Position numbers and translations under genes: made by a program. From positions 62,001 through 123,683 of the forward strand of contig QPGO01000208.1 in the NCBI GenBank assembly GCA_008632985.1: a DNA stretch of 61,683 nucleotides, written 5' to 3'. The notes below the pieces were generated by a model. The model worked only from the letters and a program-made list of their open reading frames with translations, searched no databases and had not been told where the DNA came from. Source of the DNA: Psammoneis japonica. Lineage: Eukaryota. Below, in pieces: positions 11,624 through 24,108 of the stretch; the stretch's first letter is position 1, and each line of letters begins with the position of its first letter.

Positions 11624-12703
11624 ATGAAAATCATGAACTTTCTCCTTGCCATCATTGCCACCATGAGTGCTGGTGCCATCATTAGCCCTCTCTCTGTCTC
11701 GTTTGTTGATACGGCAAAGCGCTGCGTTAGCGCCTTGTCGATCAAGGCAACCGCGGCGACCGACAGCATCGCCACGATCAAACAAGAGCTCCTACGCAAG
11801 TTTTTGGACAACGCCTGTTACTCAGATATCGATACTACCTCCAGCTACTACCATAACATCATCACCAACGTCGCTACCAGCACTGTTCCCTTCGAAAACG
11901 CCATCATCATTTCCAGCTTTTGCGTTTATTTTGACGTCGGCGACAAGTCTCCGAGTCGCGTCCAAGACCTCCTACGCAATACCACGCCAACGATTGTACC
12001 AGCAGAAGACGCCAACGAGTATTGTGTCTATGAATATTTTGTTCAGGACAACAATGGTAACTCCAACGGCAGCCTCCAGCAACTCTTTCACAACACTACT
12101 CCCGACAGCACGGTTGAGACCAAGTCAGTCCCGTTCCAAGATACGTTCACGATATTTTTGGAGATCCAGTCGGCCTTCTTGTCGGACACGTACAGCATCT
12201 TTTCGGATATCAAGTCGGAAGCGTTTCAGCTTTGGTGGAAACTTGTAGACGTACTTTCGAACGACGTCATCGCACAAATCCAAACTCAGGCACTCGTTCT
12301 TCAGGAACGCGATAATTTTTTGCCGTTTTTTCGGAACCCAATCTTGTCTGACCATCTCTCTGAGATCAAATCGAGTGTCGGACATTGGGGGAAGAGAGTT
12401 TTGGAGTTGTCGACACGCTTGACTACGCTAGCAAAGACTCAGACGAACCTTCTTTTCGAAAAGGTCTCGTTTCTGGACCCAATTCTGTCTGACTGTCGCT
12501 CTACGATTGAGTGGAAGGCTAAATATTGGGAAAAGAAAGTGTTTGATACGTCAATGCATTTGATGAACATTCTTCAAGATTCTCTACCATTTTTGAAACC
12601 ATGGAAAGAACCCGAGAACGCTGCTGAGGTGCCCGACCCTGCCATTGGAAGTTGGGTCACGATTTTGAAACAAATCAGGCTCACCTTTCGAATCATTGTT
12701 TAA
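11624..12703 (+). CDS. Hypothetical protein with N-terminal hydrophobic segment
   Basis: 359-aa ORF from ATG 11624 with normal dinucleotide usage. No family recognised. Confidence 0.55.
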   Translation: MKIMNFLLAIIATMSAGAIISPLSVSFVDTAKRCVSALSIKATAATDSIATIKQELLRKFLDNACYSDIDTTSSYYHNIITNVATSTVPFENAIIISSFCVYFDVGDKSPSRVQDLLRNTTPTIVPAEDANEYCVYEYFVQDNNGNSNGSLQQLFHNTTPDSTVETKSVPFQDTFTIFLEIQSAFLSDTYSIFSDIKSEAFQLWWKLVDVLSNDVIAQIQTQALVLQERDNFLPFFRNPILSDHLSEIKSSVGHWGKRVLELSTRLTTLAKTQTNLLFEKVSFLDPILSDCRSTIEWKAKYWEKKVFDTSMHLMNILQDSLPFLKPWKEPENAAEVPDPAIGSWVTILKQIRLTFRIIV

Positions 12704-13055
12704 ATACCTGGAAGCATTAGATATCAGGTGTGAGAGAATGCAATCGAGACGTTAGTGAGTCTTGAATAGCATCGAGGGGATATATGTTATTCGTTAGCTT
12801 CGATCGGAAAATATAGTACAATATATTAATCATGATCGTTCGCTATCCTAAAGCTCTCTATGTAGTTATGGTTACAGCCCTACTAGAGGGCTGCACTCTG
12901 TGTAATGATGTGGAGTCAAGATCCTGCATGTGTGCACGGATTGTGTCTTTGTCTGGATTAGCACTCGGCACTCGACTGTGTGATACGGTAGTGCCTGGTG
13001 CAGCAAGAAAATTTGTTCTTGTATTTTTGTTCAATAAGTTACACAATAAATTACT

Positions 13056-16000
13056 CTATCTAACGTGTTGGTTTTCAGTGAACCGATACGAGTAGACGGA
13101 TCCAGATTTGAACGCGTTGACATCGCGTCCAATCGCAGCAACTCCAACCACACTTCCGTCTCCCGATAAGGCTACGATGCGTCCAAGTTGATCAAACTGA
13201 GCCTCGCCGTTGATGCGCTCACCCATTGGAATCCACTTCATTGCGTTAGCGTTGAACTGAAACATTCCAACTTGACCTGCCCGAGTAATTCCATTGACAT
13301 CGTGGAAGCGACTTCCAACAGCCACGACGGTCCCATTTCCACTTAATGAAACCGAATTCCCAAATTCATCGCCTGGCTGTTGTGTACGCAGAGTTTGACC
13401 TTGCTCTGTCCAAGTAGCGTTTGCGCGGTTGTAGACAAATACGGAAACCCTCGCTCTCCTTCGCGGAGCACCTATGGCCATGACTAGACCACTGTCATCC
13501 AACGAAAGCGAAGTTCCAAACTCGTCACCTTCAACCTCCCCGTTGAGTGGATCACCCATGGGAGCCCACGATTTCAATGTAGCGTTGTACTCATACACTG
13601 TGACCTGACCAGCATTATCTCCACCGGCGTCGTTTCTGTAGGCTCCAACCCCAACAATGGCGCCGGAGCCACCCAAAGAAACCGTGTTACCAAATTGATC
13701 ACCAGCAGTTTGACCAACAAGGGTCTGTCCAAGTTGCTCCCAAGATTTTGCTGTTTGGTTGTACTGAAACATTCTAACTTTTCCCGAGTTCCTGCCATTG
13801 TCCGTGTCACCTTCGGACGCTCCCACTGCTAAAATGTCACCCTCGCGACAAAGGGATACAGAATAACCGAAATTTCCGAACGCTGTGTCTCCATCAATGT
13901 CACTGCCGAGTTGAACCCAACGCTCTGTGCTATTGTTAAACTCAAACACTCGAACATGGCCGGCATTTGCTCCACCATCGTCATTGTTGTCCGCTCCTAC
14001 AGCTAGGATAGTACCGTCGCCATTCAGCGAAACCGACTCACCAAAGTCATCACTTTCGGCCTCTCCGACCAACTTCTGGCCCATAGGCATCCACTGCTTA
14101 GTGTCCTGGTTGATTCGAAAGACGGAAACAAAGCCGGGGTCACCATCCTGCTCTGCTCCAACAGCCATGACGGATCCGTCGTGTGACATGGAAACAGATG
14201 TGCCGAAGAAATCATCTTCGGCGTCGCCATGCAAGACTTGTTCGATTAGTTTCCAAGGATTCGGAGGGGCTTGAGTTGGAGGCGATGACGGGGTCATCTC
14301 CACCTCGCCAACTTCAATAAGATTAGCAAAAATGTCACTTCCCGCAACCACATCAGCCATAAGAAGGCTCTTAGCATAGGCTAGTCTTCTACTGGGAGTT
14401 TGGAATGGTTCTGTCACCAAATTCTCAATGGCGACGTCGTTGTTTTCGGATGTGTAGGCGACTGCTTGGTTATAGGTAACTTGCAGTATAGCAACGCTTT
14501 CATTTTCACCTTGTACGACATTGGTGTCTGTTACCTCCAACGTGGTTTCCAACTCTTGCACGTAAGAGACCTGCAAACTTCGCAACAATCGGCGACGGTT
14601 GGTGTAAAACTCTTCCACGTACGTCTTGGTGGCGTTCGTCCACAATTCAATTGCCGAATTGTTAAACGTGGCGTTCAAGCCGACCAGGTTCATGACCAAT
14701 CCAGTGGCTTGTTCCAACGTCGGATTCTCGTCTGGGTCGCTGCCGCCTCTACTACCGGACGTGACGGCCATTGTGGTTGCAACAACAGTACCGATTACGG
14801 ACAGCACAAATCCCAGCATAATGAGTCGTTTGCTACGGCGTCTCCTCCGCTCGTCCTTGGCAGTACCAACTCTGCTCTCAGGGTCATTCGGAATTTCCCC
14901 AACAACTTGAGCAACTTCCACTGGGCGATATAGAATGTCCTCTTCTTGAAATGTCACGTTTTCCGCTTCAATTTCTTCTGACGGTGCCAGTTGAGCTTCG
15001 ACAAGAGGATACAAGCCTTCGTCACGAGACCTTGATTGTAGGACTGGCCGGACGTCGCCTTCATCGTTAACTGCAAACGCCCCAACACTGAGGCCAGATA
15101 TTATGTCCCGTGCTGCGACTTCTTCGTTCGGTTCTTGTTCTCGACCAACGTCTCTTTGCTTATCGTCTCCTACGTAATCTTCTCCGATTATAGCGAGTCC
15201 TTCTTGTACCCTATCTTCTCTACTTCTTACCCTCGTTCTGAACTGGTCACGACGAGAATGGCGTTTTTCTTTCCTCTTGATTGCGACCTCATCATTTGCT
15301 GTAGGCATCGACGACAAACTGGGTCCTTCTCCAATTTCTGCCATCTTCCGTAAGGCAGTGCGATGAGCAAGACGCGTTTCTCTCCTTTTAGTGGCCGCAT
15401 CGTCAGAATCTGACCCCTTTGACTCTTTTTCTATTTCTTTCGCTGACTTTTCTGCTGTTTCGGACTTTTTCTTAGTTTGAGGTCGAGGACTGTGGCTTCC
15501 CTCATCCATCTTGGCGCTGGGTGTAGTATAGTATGTTCCAGCTGAAACACCGTTTTCCATAGAGTCTTCTCCAGTTATGTCTTTTTCCGTTCGTTTTACT
15601 CGAGGATACTGGCCTTTTTCACCTCTTGTATTGATCGCATCGTATGTTGCAAATGAAGAATGCCTCTCTCTCGTCGTCTGCGAAACTTCTCCTGTTTCCA
15701 CTTTCTTTTTTCGTTTTCTGTGAGGACGGGGGAGTTCATCTTTCCTAATGCTGCTTGCGACAGCATGTTTATCCGTTGCAGAGACATATTCCTTTCGCCT
15801 CGATTTCGATTCTTTCTCCCCTCTCCTCTTTCTGTGGCGCCGGTTGCTTCTCTTTTCACCGTGGTTGTCTGGGGCTCTCCGTGGTTTCTCGGATTGATCC
15901 ACCATGGTGACACGAGCTGTTGACACTCTTTTGATTTGAGAGGATTGAGCAACCCTGTTCAATTGTCGCGCTTCTTCTGCAAAGTCTTTCCGAGGCTTCG

Positions 16001-16073
16001 ACAAGTTTGCGAAATTGCATTTTACCGCAAAAAGAAATGGCAAATTCGGGGGGCGGTGACTGAATGAAGGCAT
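13056..16073 (-). CDS. Type II membrane protein with C-terminal FG-GAP-like beta-propeller
   Basis: Disordered N-terminus, 'VGAFAV' motif, basic patch plus TM helix, RRLL-containing luminal domain, and seven 'D.FG.SVSL...G..AVGA' repeats. The true start may be the downstream 'MVDQS'. Confidence 0.85.
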   Translation of the reverse strand: MPSFSHRPPNLPFLFAVKCNFANLSKPRKDFAEEARQLNRVAQSSQIKRVSTARVTMVDQSEKPRRAPDNHGEKRSNRRHRKRRGEKESKSRRKEYVSATDKHAVASSIRKDELPRPHRKRKKKVETGEVSQTTRERHSSFATYDAINTRGEKGQYPRVKRTEKDITGEDSMENGVSAGTYYTTPSAKMDEGSHSPRPQTKKKSETAEKSAKEIEKESKGSDSDDAATKRRETRLAHRTALRKMAEIGEGPSLSSMPTANDEVAIKRKEKRHSRRDQFRTRVRSREDRVQEGLAIIGEDYVGDDKQRDVGREQEPNEEVAARDIISGLSVGAFAVNDEGDVRPVLQSRSRDEGLYPLVEAQLAPSEEIEAENVTFQEEDILYRPVEVAQVVGEIPNDPESRVGTAKDERRRRRSKRLIMLGFVLSVIGTVVATTMAVTSGSRGGSDPDENPTLEQATGLVMNLVGLNATFNNSAIELWTNATKTYVEEFYTNRRRLLRSLQVSYVQELETTLEVTDTNVVQGENESVAILQVTYNQAVAYTSENNDVAIENLVTEPFQTPSRRLAYAKSLLMADVVAGSDIFANLIEVGEVEMTPSSPPTQAPPNPWKLIEQVLHGDAEDDFFGTSVSMSHDGSVMAVGAEQDGDPGFVSVFRINQDTKQWMPMGQKLVGEAESDDFGESVSLNGDGTILAVGADNNDDGGANAGHVRVFEFNNSTERWVQLGSDIDGDTAFGNFGYSVSLCREGDILAVGASEGDTDNGRNSGKVRMFQYNQTAKSWEQLGQTLVGQTAGDQFGNTVSLGGSGAIVGVGAYRNDAGGDNAGQVTVYEYNATLKSWAPMGDPLNGEVEGDEFGTSLSLDDSGLVMAIGAPRRRARVSVFVYNRANATWTEQGQTLRTQQPGDEFGNSVSLSGNGTVVAVGSRFHDVNGITRAGQVGMFQFNANAMKWIPMGERINGEAQFDQLGRIVALSGDGSVVGVAAIGRDVNAFKSGSVYSYRFTENQHVR

Positions 16074-16713
16074 CTTGTGCTAAGTACCAAGATGTCGAAT
16101 TCAAGTTGTAAATAAAGATGATTAAAAAATCGATATGCGAATGTCTTCGAATGGGACAGTTTTGGTCTGTCAGGGCCATAGGGAGGACTTCGTGTTTTTT
16201 ATGTCGTGCTGTAGTCGTACGAAAAGCTACCGTCAACGCTTTGCGGGAAAGCATGAAGACGTTACCGGTACCTATATGCAGTGCTTTTCTTCATTGTTGC
16301 ATTGCTCCCCTGCAATCCTGCTTCTTTAACAACCCCAGAAGTAATCGGCACAGCGTTCCGTCGAGAATCGTTTCAATTTCGGATGCGGATTACTTGTGAA
16401 CTGGCTTTCCACAGTGCTGCCATGGGACTCTGATTAGAAGGGTCAGCATTCCTCAGCAATCATATATTTGTTGCTGTTTAGACCGCTTGGGGAAGTGTAC
16501 CTGCAACTGACGAGTTCGCGATGTAGTGAAAGTAAGGGGGTTCTGTGTCGACTATTTGGTGGCGAGTTTAAACGCTTTGGAATTGTTATCGTTCGTCGAG
16601 ATCGATTCTCCACTTTCTTTTGCCCAGCCCGTGTCCGCATTGCGTCTCCCTTGGTTACTACACCCATTTCTTTTTATAATGCTAACCACCGCCAATCTTC
16701 TTGATGGTAGTCT

Positions 16714-18582
16714 TCATAAAGCAAGTGGCTTTTGCCCGTTGTCCCCCAATCGATCTCGTAGTTTTGCAATTTGCTTCATGGTTTCCGTCTCAACGAAATC
16801 AAGCTTGCTAGCTACCGCCTCGTTTCTACTCGTACCATCCTCTTCCACCATTTTTCTCAGCATGTCAATTCGTTCCTTCGTAGCCGCTTCAACTCCATCA
16901 ATACGATTGGAGGAACTCAGTGTTGTTGCAGTTCCCTGCGACCCATCCCTTTCCTTACTATCTCGAGACGACCGAGAATTGCTCTTGCTACGTCCTTCTT
17001 TACGTGATGACGAAGATCGTCGTCGAACAGAAGGCTTCTTTTCCGGAGAAGACCTGCGCCGTGGTGGGAAAAAGTCGTCAAAGCCGGCTTTCTGCGGTTG
17101 TGCTTTTTCGCCCGTCTGAAACGGATCTTCTCCATTGTCTCGAATGATGAATCCATCTTCGTCAATAATGAGTGGATCCGATTTCTGCGTCACAGAACTT
17201 GATCTGGAAGAATTTGCTGGTGATCGAGCCCGTTGGCGACTACTGATGCTCTTCTTGAACGGCCCTTCATCCTCTTGTTCTTCTTGAATCGCCTGATGCT
17301 CCTGTTCTCGCAAAGACCGAGCCACACTTCCGAGTGTGTACTTCAGTTTCGCAGTCTTCCCCAAGTTACTCTCAGACACAACACTTTCTTCATCTAAAGG
17401 GGGCGCATCATCATCTTCAAGTACTGATAGTTCTCGAAACAAGTAATCAATATCTTGCCCAATCACATTCAACACGCCATCGACGTCCACTTTCCTCCTG
17501 GACTCCCCGCGTCGTTTTGATATTATCCTCGATTGACTGCTCGTTTTCTTGGGTTTGGATGACATCATGAGCTTCTGCTGCTTCTGCTCTTCCTTTGAGA
17601 CTTTCTTGGATTCTTTCGAACCTTTCTTCAATGATTTGGTCTTTTTCAGCAATCTCTTGGTATCAAACTGTCTTGGAGAGTGAGGAAGAGAGGCAGACAA
17701 GTCGTCGGAAGGAAATACAGAAGGAAACGCATTCGGAGTTTTCTGAAGGGATGGATATGCCGAGGCTCGAATAGGTCTCGATTCTGGAATCTTGCCAATC
17801 GTATCCGAGTTCTCACCCAGTCGTCCCAGCGTGGCTTGATGATGCATTCGCCTAGATGCAGCGGCACCGCCTCGTAATGAATTCGTCATTGATCGTCTCG
17901 GTGGGTTCATGTTTAGTTCAGTACGAGACAGCGTTGGGGCATTTGATGGCCTCTTGTTATAATAGCCATGATAATCCATTTCTTCATCGGGTACAGCCAA
18001 GCCCGTCATGACAGTAGGCGTCGTCAAATCACTAACTACTGAAATCGTTTCAGAATATCCCGGACCAATCTTTGGATAGGCTGTAGAATTGTACTCCTTA
18101 TCAAACTGATCTTGCAGTGCCATTTCTTGTTCTTTTTGTTGAGACGAGGACTTTGTGGTGGCGGTCGTTCTGGAATTGGTCCGGTCTTCTCGTGATTCAC
18201 CGGGGTCATCACTTCGTTTTCTGGAAGAGCTCCTCCTTCGTCGGGTGCTCGATTTCATTCTTTTCGATAATTCTGGATCCTCATCGTCATCCAGTGATCG
18301 ACACGTTTCTAGAACCGCAATAAGTCGTTCTACCGGTCGATCAAACGACTGCGGTTCGTCCGGCAAATCATCCACGCTGTGACTCGATAGTAGTCGACAC
18401 AACTCGCTCAATTCTTCCCCATTGTCGGTCGCAACTTCTCCTGCTGCCAACAACAAATCAAAAATTGCCTCGACACGCTCGTCTAACAGCTCATCATCAT
18501 CATCTTTTTCCTCTGTATCATGGTTCTTGTCTCTCATGGTGATATAATGCTGCCCACAGCCAGAAGCGTTTTTGTGTTGCAC
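16714..18582 (-). CDS. Hypothetical, largely disordered Ser/Lys/Arg-rich protein
   Basis: 622-aa uninterrupted ORF containing a 'SVVSDLTTPT' motif. No domain recognised. Confidence 0.7.
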   Translation of the reverse strand: MQHKNASGCGQHYITMRDKNHDTEEKDDDDELLDERVEAIFDLLLAAGEVATDNGEELSELCRLLSSHSVDDLPDEPQSFDRPVERLIAVLETCRSLDDDEDPELSKRMKSSTRRRRSSSRKRSDDPGESREDRTNSRTTATTKSSSQQKEQEMALQDQFDKEYNSTAYPKIGPGYSETISVVSDLTTPTVMTGLAVPDEEMDYHGYYNKRPSNAPTLSRTELNMNPPRRSMTNSLRGGAAASRRMHHQATLGRLGENSDTIGKIPESRPIRASAYPSLQKTPNAFPSVFPSDDLSASLPHSPRQFDTKRLLKKTKSLKKGSKESKKVSKEEQKQQKLMMSSKPKKTSSQSRIISKRRGESRRKVDVDGVLNVIGQDIDYLFRELSVLEDDDAPPLDEESVVSESNLGKTAKLKYTLGSVARSLREQEHQAIQEEQEDEGPFKKSISSRQRARSPANSSRSSSVTQKSDPLIIDEDGFIIRDNGEDPFQTGEKAQPQKAGFDDFFPPRRRSSPEKKPSVRRRSSSSRKEGRSKSNSRSSRDSKERDGSQGTATTLSSSNRIDGVEAATKERIDMLRKMVEEDGTSRNEAVASKLDFVETETMKQIAKLRDRLGDNGQKPLAL

Positions 18583-20056
18583 TGCGTTGTGGTTGCGTGT
18601 GTTTGTGCGGGGGAGCGAGATTTGAGCCGTCTTCTCTCGTGTGCGCGCGACGCGGTTCGATCATTCGAACGCGGGCAAGCATATCATAAAACGTCCGTGC
18701 GTTGAGAAGACATCATAACATGAGAATATTTTACATATATAAATAACTTTATTAACGAAGAATATGATGTGATTTGATTTTTAATCAACAGACATACACA
18801 AACATTAGAATTGCCCTATACAGTAAGTGACACCATGCGTTGGATATTTAGTTATGTCAAATAATGTCGCCGAACACTCATTCAAACCTACATCTCCGAA
18901 GGACAAAAAATTATTTTTATTTGTTGGTTCGACAACCCTCACAAATTCACTCTCTACAACGCAGAAGAGACAAAAGCTCACAAAGCTGAGCAGGACTGTG
19001 CACCCCACTCAGACTGCACACCGCTTGCATTTATGCACTCATGTTTCAATCTACGGCATACTCATTCAATGCAAAAGACACAAGGAGATGTTCAATTCCT
19101 CAACCTTGACACCACTCGTCCGACAGCCTTAGTAGAGGGCAGAAGACTGTGCAACAGCCGGCGTTTGACAAATTTTGTGAGTTTTACCTGAAGGATACGA
19201 AAAGACGCCGCGAAAAATTCCGGAACGATCGTTCAAAGCCTTTCTGCGAACGTGTCAAAGGAACATTCACTACACTCGAAAAATCCTTTCAGAGTTACTG
19301 CCAGCACTGTCACCTCAGTTTGCAAAGAGCTTGCCTCTACTAGGTGAAAGAAAGCAGACGAACGAATAATATGGTTCAGTGAAAATAGACAACACTCTCT
19401 CAAGCCTATATGAGCTGTGACGTAATCTACAAGTGGATGCTGTTTTCATTTCCTACTGTCATTGCACTACCATACACCGTGACATGCTGCTGCAGTCTGG
19501 TCCAACCCGGGTTCAAGAAATTAGGTTGGACACAAAGATCAAGGTGCCCTGGCAGTCAACAAGGAAGCACGACCAGGACATTTATTGTGTGGTTCATTAT
19601 TTCTTCAGCACTCCACTGGTTGGAAAGAGAGACTCGTATCCGAAACAAAAGAGAGAGAAATGGCCAAACTACACAAAAAAAAATATCCCCGAAACCAGCG
19701 ATCCAGTTTTGGTTATTGGAGACTTTGAGCAACGTCAAGAGGACTATATATACCTCCAAATCGCGGGGGGTCTCATGATCGACTTGTTTTGTCTGCAACT
19801 TGGATCTATCGGGGAAGAGAGATGCAAGTGCTTCCTCCCAAAAGTAGAGGGAGTAGTGGATCGGAGAGTGTCTTCTTGGGGGGACACTGTGGGATGCGAC
19901 TTGGATTTTCGTCTCCATGTTGTACGTTAGTTTGGTAGGCCATTGTGTACGGCTTTACAATAGTGTTGGTTTTCACTGTACAGTAGATGATTTATTAGAA
20001 TTACGCCGGCGCTCTCACTTGCCATGCTGGAATATCGAGGCAGTAAGCAATTGTAA

Positions 20057-22392
20057 TTACCTTTTCACCAAGCCAGTAGCACCACGAGATCCATCTTCTT
20101 GCTGCTGCGCCTTTTCTAGACTCGCGGTACTGCTGCCGGGCGACGTTGGCGACGCCACGGATGCCGTGGCAGTTGTAGGACTTGAAGAAGAACGACTATC
20201 ACGAGCCAACAATTTATCGAATTTGCCTTGGTTCGACAAGAGCTTGACCGCTTCGTTGACTTGTGTATCGGTTCTCAAGCCGCGTTCAATCAACATGCTC
20301 TCCGGCAAGTATCGGGCCAAAATGGATTGAGAAATATCCTCTTTGAGTTCCTTGCGATAACGCTCAAAGTCATTCCGTACTTCCTTGACGATACTTGCTT
20401 GCAACGCTTGAAGTTCCTTGGTCGATCCCTTGTACCCGCTCTTTTTGAGAGCCTTTTTCAATTCCTTGAGTGGTCCATTGTAGAGCGATTCCAATTGCAA
20501 ATCACCGTCTTTTTGTTGTTGGTCGACAAAGGCTTGGAATTCACGATACGTATCATCCGTCACCTCAAAGCCATGTTGTAACTCATGATTTCGACTCCAT
20601 TGTGCAGCAAAGTCGGCAAAGACACCCGATCGCAACAGCGTCACCTCCAACGCCGACGCCTTGGGCGATGGCACTTTCAAGTCGGCTTCAATACCACCAC
20701 CGTCACGTACCATTCGTCCCGATTTGGTATAAAAGGTTCCCTTGTCCTTTTCAGCCACTTTTTGTGCTGAAAAAGAAGTTTCCTTTCCACCACCCTCCTT
20801 GTAATTGACACCCTGAATACACCGTCCACTGGGTGTATAGTATTTGGCAACTGTAAATTTCAAAGCCGTATCAAAGGGCAAATCTTCCACATTTTGCACC
20901 AGTCCCTTTCCAAAGGTCCGATCGTCACCCACAATGACACCGACATCCAAATCTTGTACGGCTCCCGATACAATTTCCGCTGCCGATGCGGTTCCACCAT
21001 TGACCAAGACGGCCAATTTCGTATCCCGTGGATTCAACAACGGATCGACACGTGACTTGTACAAGACTCCTGGAAAACCACGACCACGTGCCGAAACAAT
21101 TTCGGATCCCTTTGGAACAAACAAGGATGAAACATCCACGGCACTTGTCAAGAGTCCTCCGGATTGCCACGTAAATCCAATACAAGTCCCCGGAGTGTCG
21201 ATTTGCCATTTGTGGAGGCTTGTTGTGCAGCACGTTGCAAGGCTACAATGGCTTGACGTACTTCTTGTCCTGAATTGGCGGAAAAACTCGAGAGTTGGAT
21301 ATATCCCATTCCATCCGCAGGATTGCCTAGTAGAGTAGCAAGTTTGACACTGGCAATTTGTACAATGGTTCGTGGAATGGCAAGCGTCTGCACTCCATTG
21401 ACACCATCACGTTCAAAAGAAATTTCGACCAATGTATTGGGTTCACCACGAAGCATTTGACGAACACGATCGACAGACGTGGTGGGTGTAATGGCTTGTC
21501 CATCGATAGCCACGAGTTTATCACCGACGCGCATACCATAATCAAAGGCATACCCCTCAAAGGCAGACACGACACGAACACCACGGTCCTTGGCTTTTTG
21601 TACCACACGTCGTTGTTCTTGTAATGTCAAACCATTTGTATTCAAATCATCATCATCATCTTCGTAGTCTTGATCCAGTATGGATGAGGATATCGTGTTG
21701 GCTGGAATTTGCTTTTCATTTTGTTCCATTTGATTTAATAAATCCACTTGTGATTGTCCTGCACCGGAAATGACCAATCCTACACCACCATACATTCCAC
21801 CAATACTTTCTGTCAAGGCAACGGCTTCTTGTTTGGGTTCAAATTCCGTATAGGGATCCAATGTTTGAAGCATGGCATTGACACCCGTTTCAAATAATTT
21901 TTGGGTATCCACTTGTTCGACATAGGATTTATCTAAATCATCCAATATAGTTTCAAACAATGTAACGGGTTCGGCAAGCGTTTCAACGTCATTGTAAATG
22001 GGTACGAGAATCAAACCAATTGTCAAAACGGCTCCGGCGAAAAAGGACACAAGACCAACCGTGACGGACGGTAGTAATTTGGAAAGTCGACTTTCCCAAA
22101 ATGCAACAAGTTGGGGTGGAAGTTTGGAGGCAAGGGTCGACTTGAACTTGTCAAGGGCATTCTTGTTGTTGTTATTATTCGTCGTATCATTGTCTTGAGT
22201 CATTTTCAGAGGCGTCAAGAATTTGTTTCGGTCGTCATTGGAGGATGTCACGGAGCTACTACATGTCGTCTTGGGCAGAGCCAAAACACGAATGTGTCGA
22301 CTTGTTGGAGTGGTAAAGGCCCGTGCCGAATGATGCAACGACAACAACAACAGGACGACCGCAACTGCGGTTCTTCTTTTGCTGGATCTCAT
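20057..22392 (-). CDS. ctpA: Carboxyl-terminal processing protease (S41A, PDZ), plastid-type presequence; one apparent 1-nt deletion near 21160
   Basis: 'LDPYTEF', 'GGVGL', PDZ, 'GYIQLSSF', 'LDLRGNP[G]GLL', 'TASAAEIVSGAVQD' (catalytic Ser), 'TFGKGLVQ' (Lys), 'YYTPSGRCIQ'. Signal peptide ends 'ARA-F'. Confidence 0.9.
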
Positions 22393-22668
22393 GGTGATTG
22401 TGTTTGTGTGACAACAGAACAACAAGCCAATGAGAAGAAGTTTTTGATCACGACGTCAGAAAAGTTCTGCCAGGGCAGATGGTTGGAGGGAACTTTGGTG
22501 TTGGGAATTCTGATGCAAAAAATGAGTTGACGTGTCTGCCTGTCTGCATGACGTCATTGTTAGTCTGTTCTTCGTACGTCAGATACGAAGCACGCGCAAC
22601 CACACAAAATAGACGCTTAGCTTACTTTTCGGCATCTCACTTTTTTCATCACAGCATGTTTTGAGACC

Positions 22669-24108
22669 ATGACATGCAGCAGCAGCAACGTTCACTGTCG
22701 GTACATGACATTGTCGTTTCAATACATAATGTCATTGACGTGTTGTTGGTTTGTTGTTGTGTCTTCCCACTGTAAGAATGTTGGTGCATTTGTAGTCAAA
22801 CAACCACAACGGACAAAAAGAGCATTTTCTTCTTTGTTTTCTTCTTCCTCTCTCATTCTAAACGACGATGTTCCCATTCGACACGTCATGGCACCCATGG
22901 TGAGTCAATCAGATGCACCCTTTCGTTGGTTGGTACGAAAGCATGGTTGTGATTTATGCTTTACACAAATGATGCATGCCAAGAATTTAGTACAAGATGC
23001 GAGTTTTCGTAAAGCTCATGTCGATATTTATCAAAAAGGAGAAGTTGTCCAAAATCTATCACAATCGCAACGAAATTGTTTGGGTTCTATAAAATGGAAA
23101 CCCTTTTGTTGGAATGAAGGCGGACCACTCATTGTACAATTGGCAGGACATAATCAACCGACATTGGTCGAGGCGGCTCGTATTTTGTTAGAGGAGCATC
23201 CAGAAAATTGCATTGCGGGTTTTGATTTGAATCTCGGATGTCCACAGGGGATTGCACGAAAGGGCAATTATGGAGCCTTTTTAATGCAAGACAATCCAAA
23301 TTTAGTCCATGACTTGCTAAGAGCATTACGACGCAGTGTTCCATCCCACTTGACGGTTTCCGCCAAGATTCGAATCCCCACAGACACGACACAATTTCAA
23401 GAACGCATTCTGCAATTACAAGACACGGGAATTGATTTTCTCACAATTCACGGACGGACCCTTGAGGAAAACAAAACGAAAACGGGTCCATGTCGTACCC
23501 AATTTATAAAAGAAGCAGTCGAATTGCTGCAATGTCCCGTGATTGCCAATGGTGGAATCGAAACTTACCAAGATGTGGTGAATTTACAACAAACGACACG
23601 AGCCGCGGCCGTCATGAGTTCCGAAGCACTACTGGAGAATCCAGCACTCTTTGCCAATTTACCACAAAATCACTACATACAATTGGCACACGACTATTTG
23701 GATTTGTGTGAAATATATCCACCCGTTTCGGGATCGTTGGGTGCAACCGGTGGATCCTTTAATGTCGTGAGGGCACACTTGTTCAAGATACTACACCGAT
23801 ACCTTGTGCGTTTCCCCAAATTGCGAAATCAATTGGCAAATACCAAAACGGTTTGCATTCCACAAGCACGAGACATTTTGCGTGCAATTGAAAACGAGCA
23901 ATTCGACAAACACGTCTTTACTCCAAACGACAGTTGGTATCGACGACATTGGAATGTGTCCAACAAGAAGAGTGTCAAGGTCAGGGGAGATGATTACTTT
24001 CGACAGCAAAAACCACAATTGTCCATGGACGAACGAAAACGTCTCGCCAAGGAACGTATTGCCAAGCTTCGTCAAGAACGAATGGCTAATAGCAAGACTG
24101 TGCCGTGA
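22669..24108 (+). CDS. tRNA-dihydrouridine synthase (DUS1-like)
   Basis: 'MAPMV', 'PLIVQLAG', 'DLNLGCPQGIARKGNYGAFL', 'SAKIR', 'TIHGRT', 'PVIANGGI', 'SEALLENPALF'. N-terminal presequence 'VGA-F'. Confidence 0.92.
   Translation: MTCSSSNVHCRYMTLSFQYIMSLTCCWFVVVSSHCKNVGAFVVKQPQRTKRAFSSLFSSSSLILNDDVPIRHVMAPMVSQSDAPFRWLVRKHGCDLCFTQMMHAKNLVQDASFRKAHVDIYQKGEVVQNLSQSQRNCLGSIKWKPFCWNEGGPLIVQLAGHNQPTLVEAARILLEEHPENCIAGFDLNLGCPQGIARKGNYGAFLMQDNPNLVHDLLRALRRSVPSHLTVSAKIRIPTDTTQFQERILQLQDTGIDFLTIHGRTLEENKTKTGPCRTQFIKEAVELLQCPVIANGGIETYQDVVNLQQTTRAAAVMSSEALLENPALFANLPQNHYIQLAHDYLDLCEIYPPVSGSLGATGGSFNVVRAHLFKILHRYLVRFPKLRNQLANTKTVCIPQARDILRAIENEQFDKHVFTPNDSWYRRHWNVSNKKSVKVRGDDYFRQQKPQLSMDERKRLAKERIAKLRQERMANSKTVP

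Noticed and set aside
18900..19930. Possible gene on the plus strand
   Set aside because: Fragmented ORFs with no recognisable domain or convincing splice model.
21148..21175. Frameshift in ctpA (also in the NTT, 8.0-9.6 kb, TauD and SBBP genes) as programmed frameshifting or pseudogenisation
   Set aside because: Adding one G restores the conserved NPGGLL. Isolated single-base indels in otherwise intact genes are best explained by assembly error.
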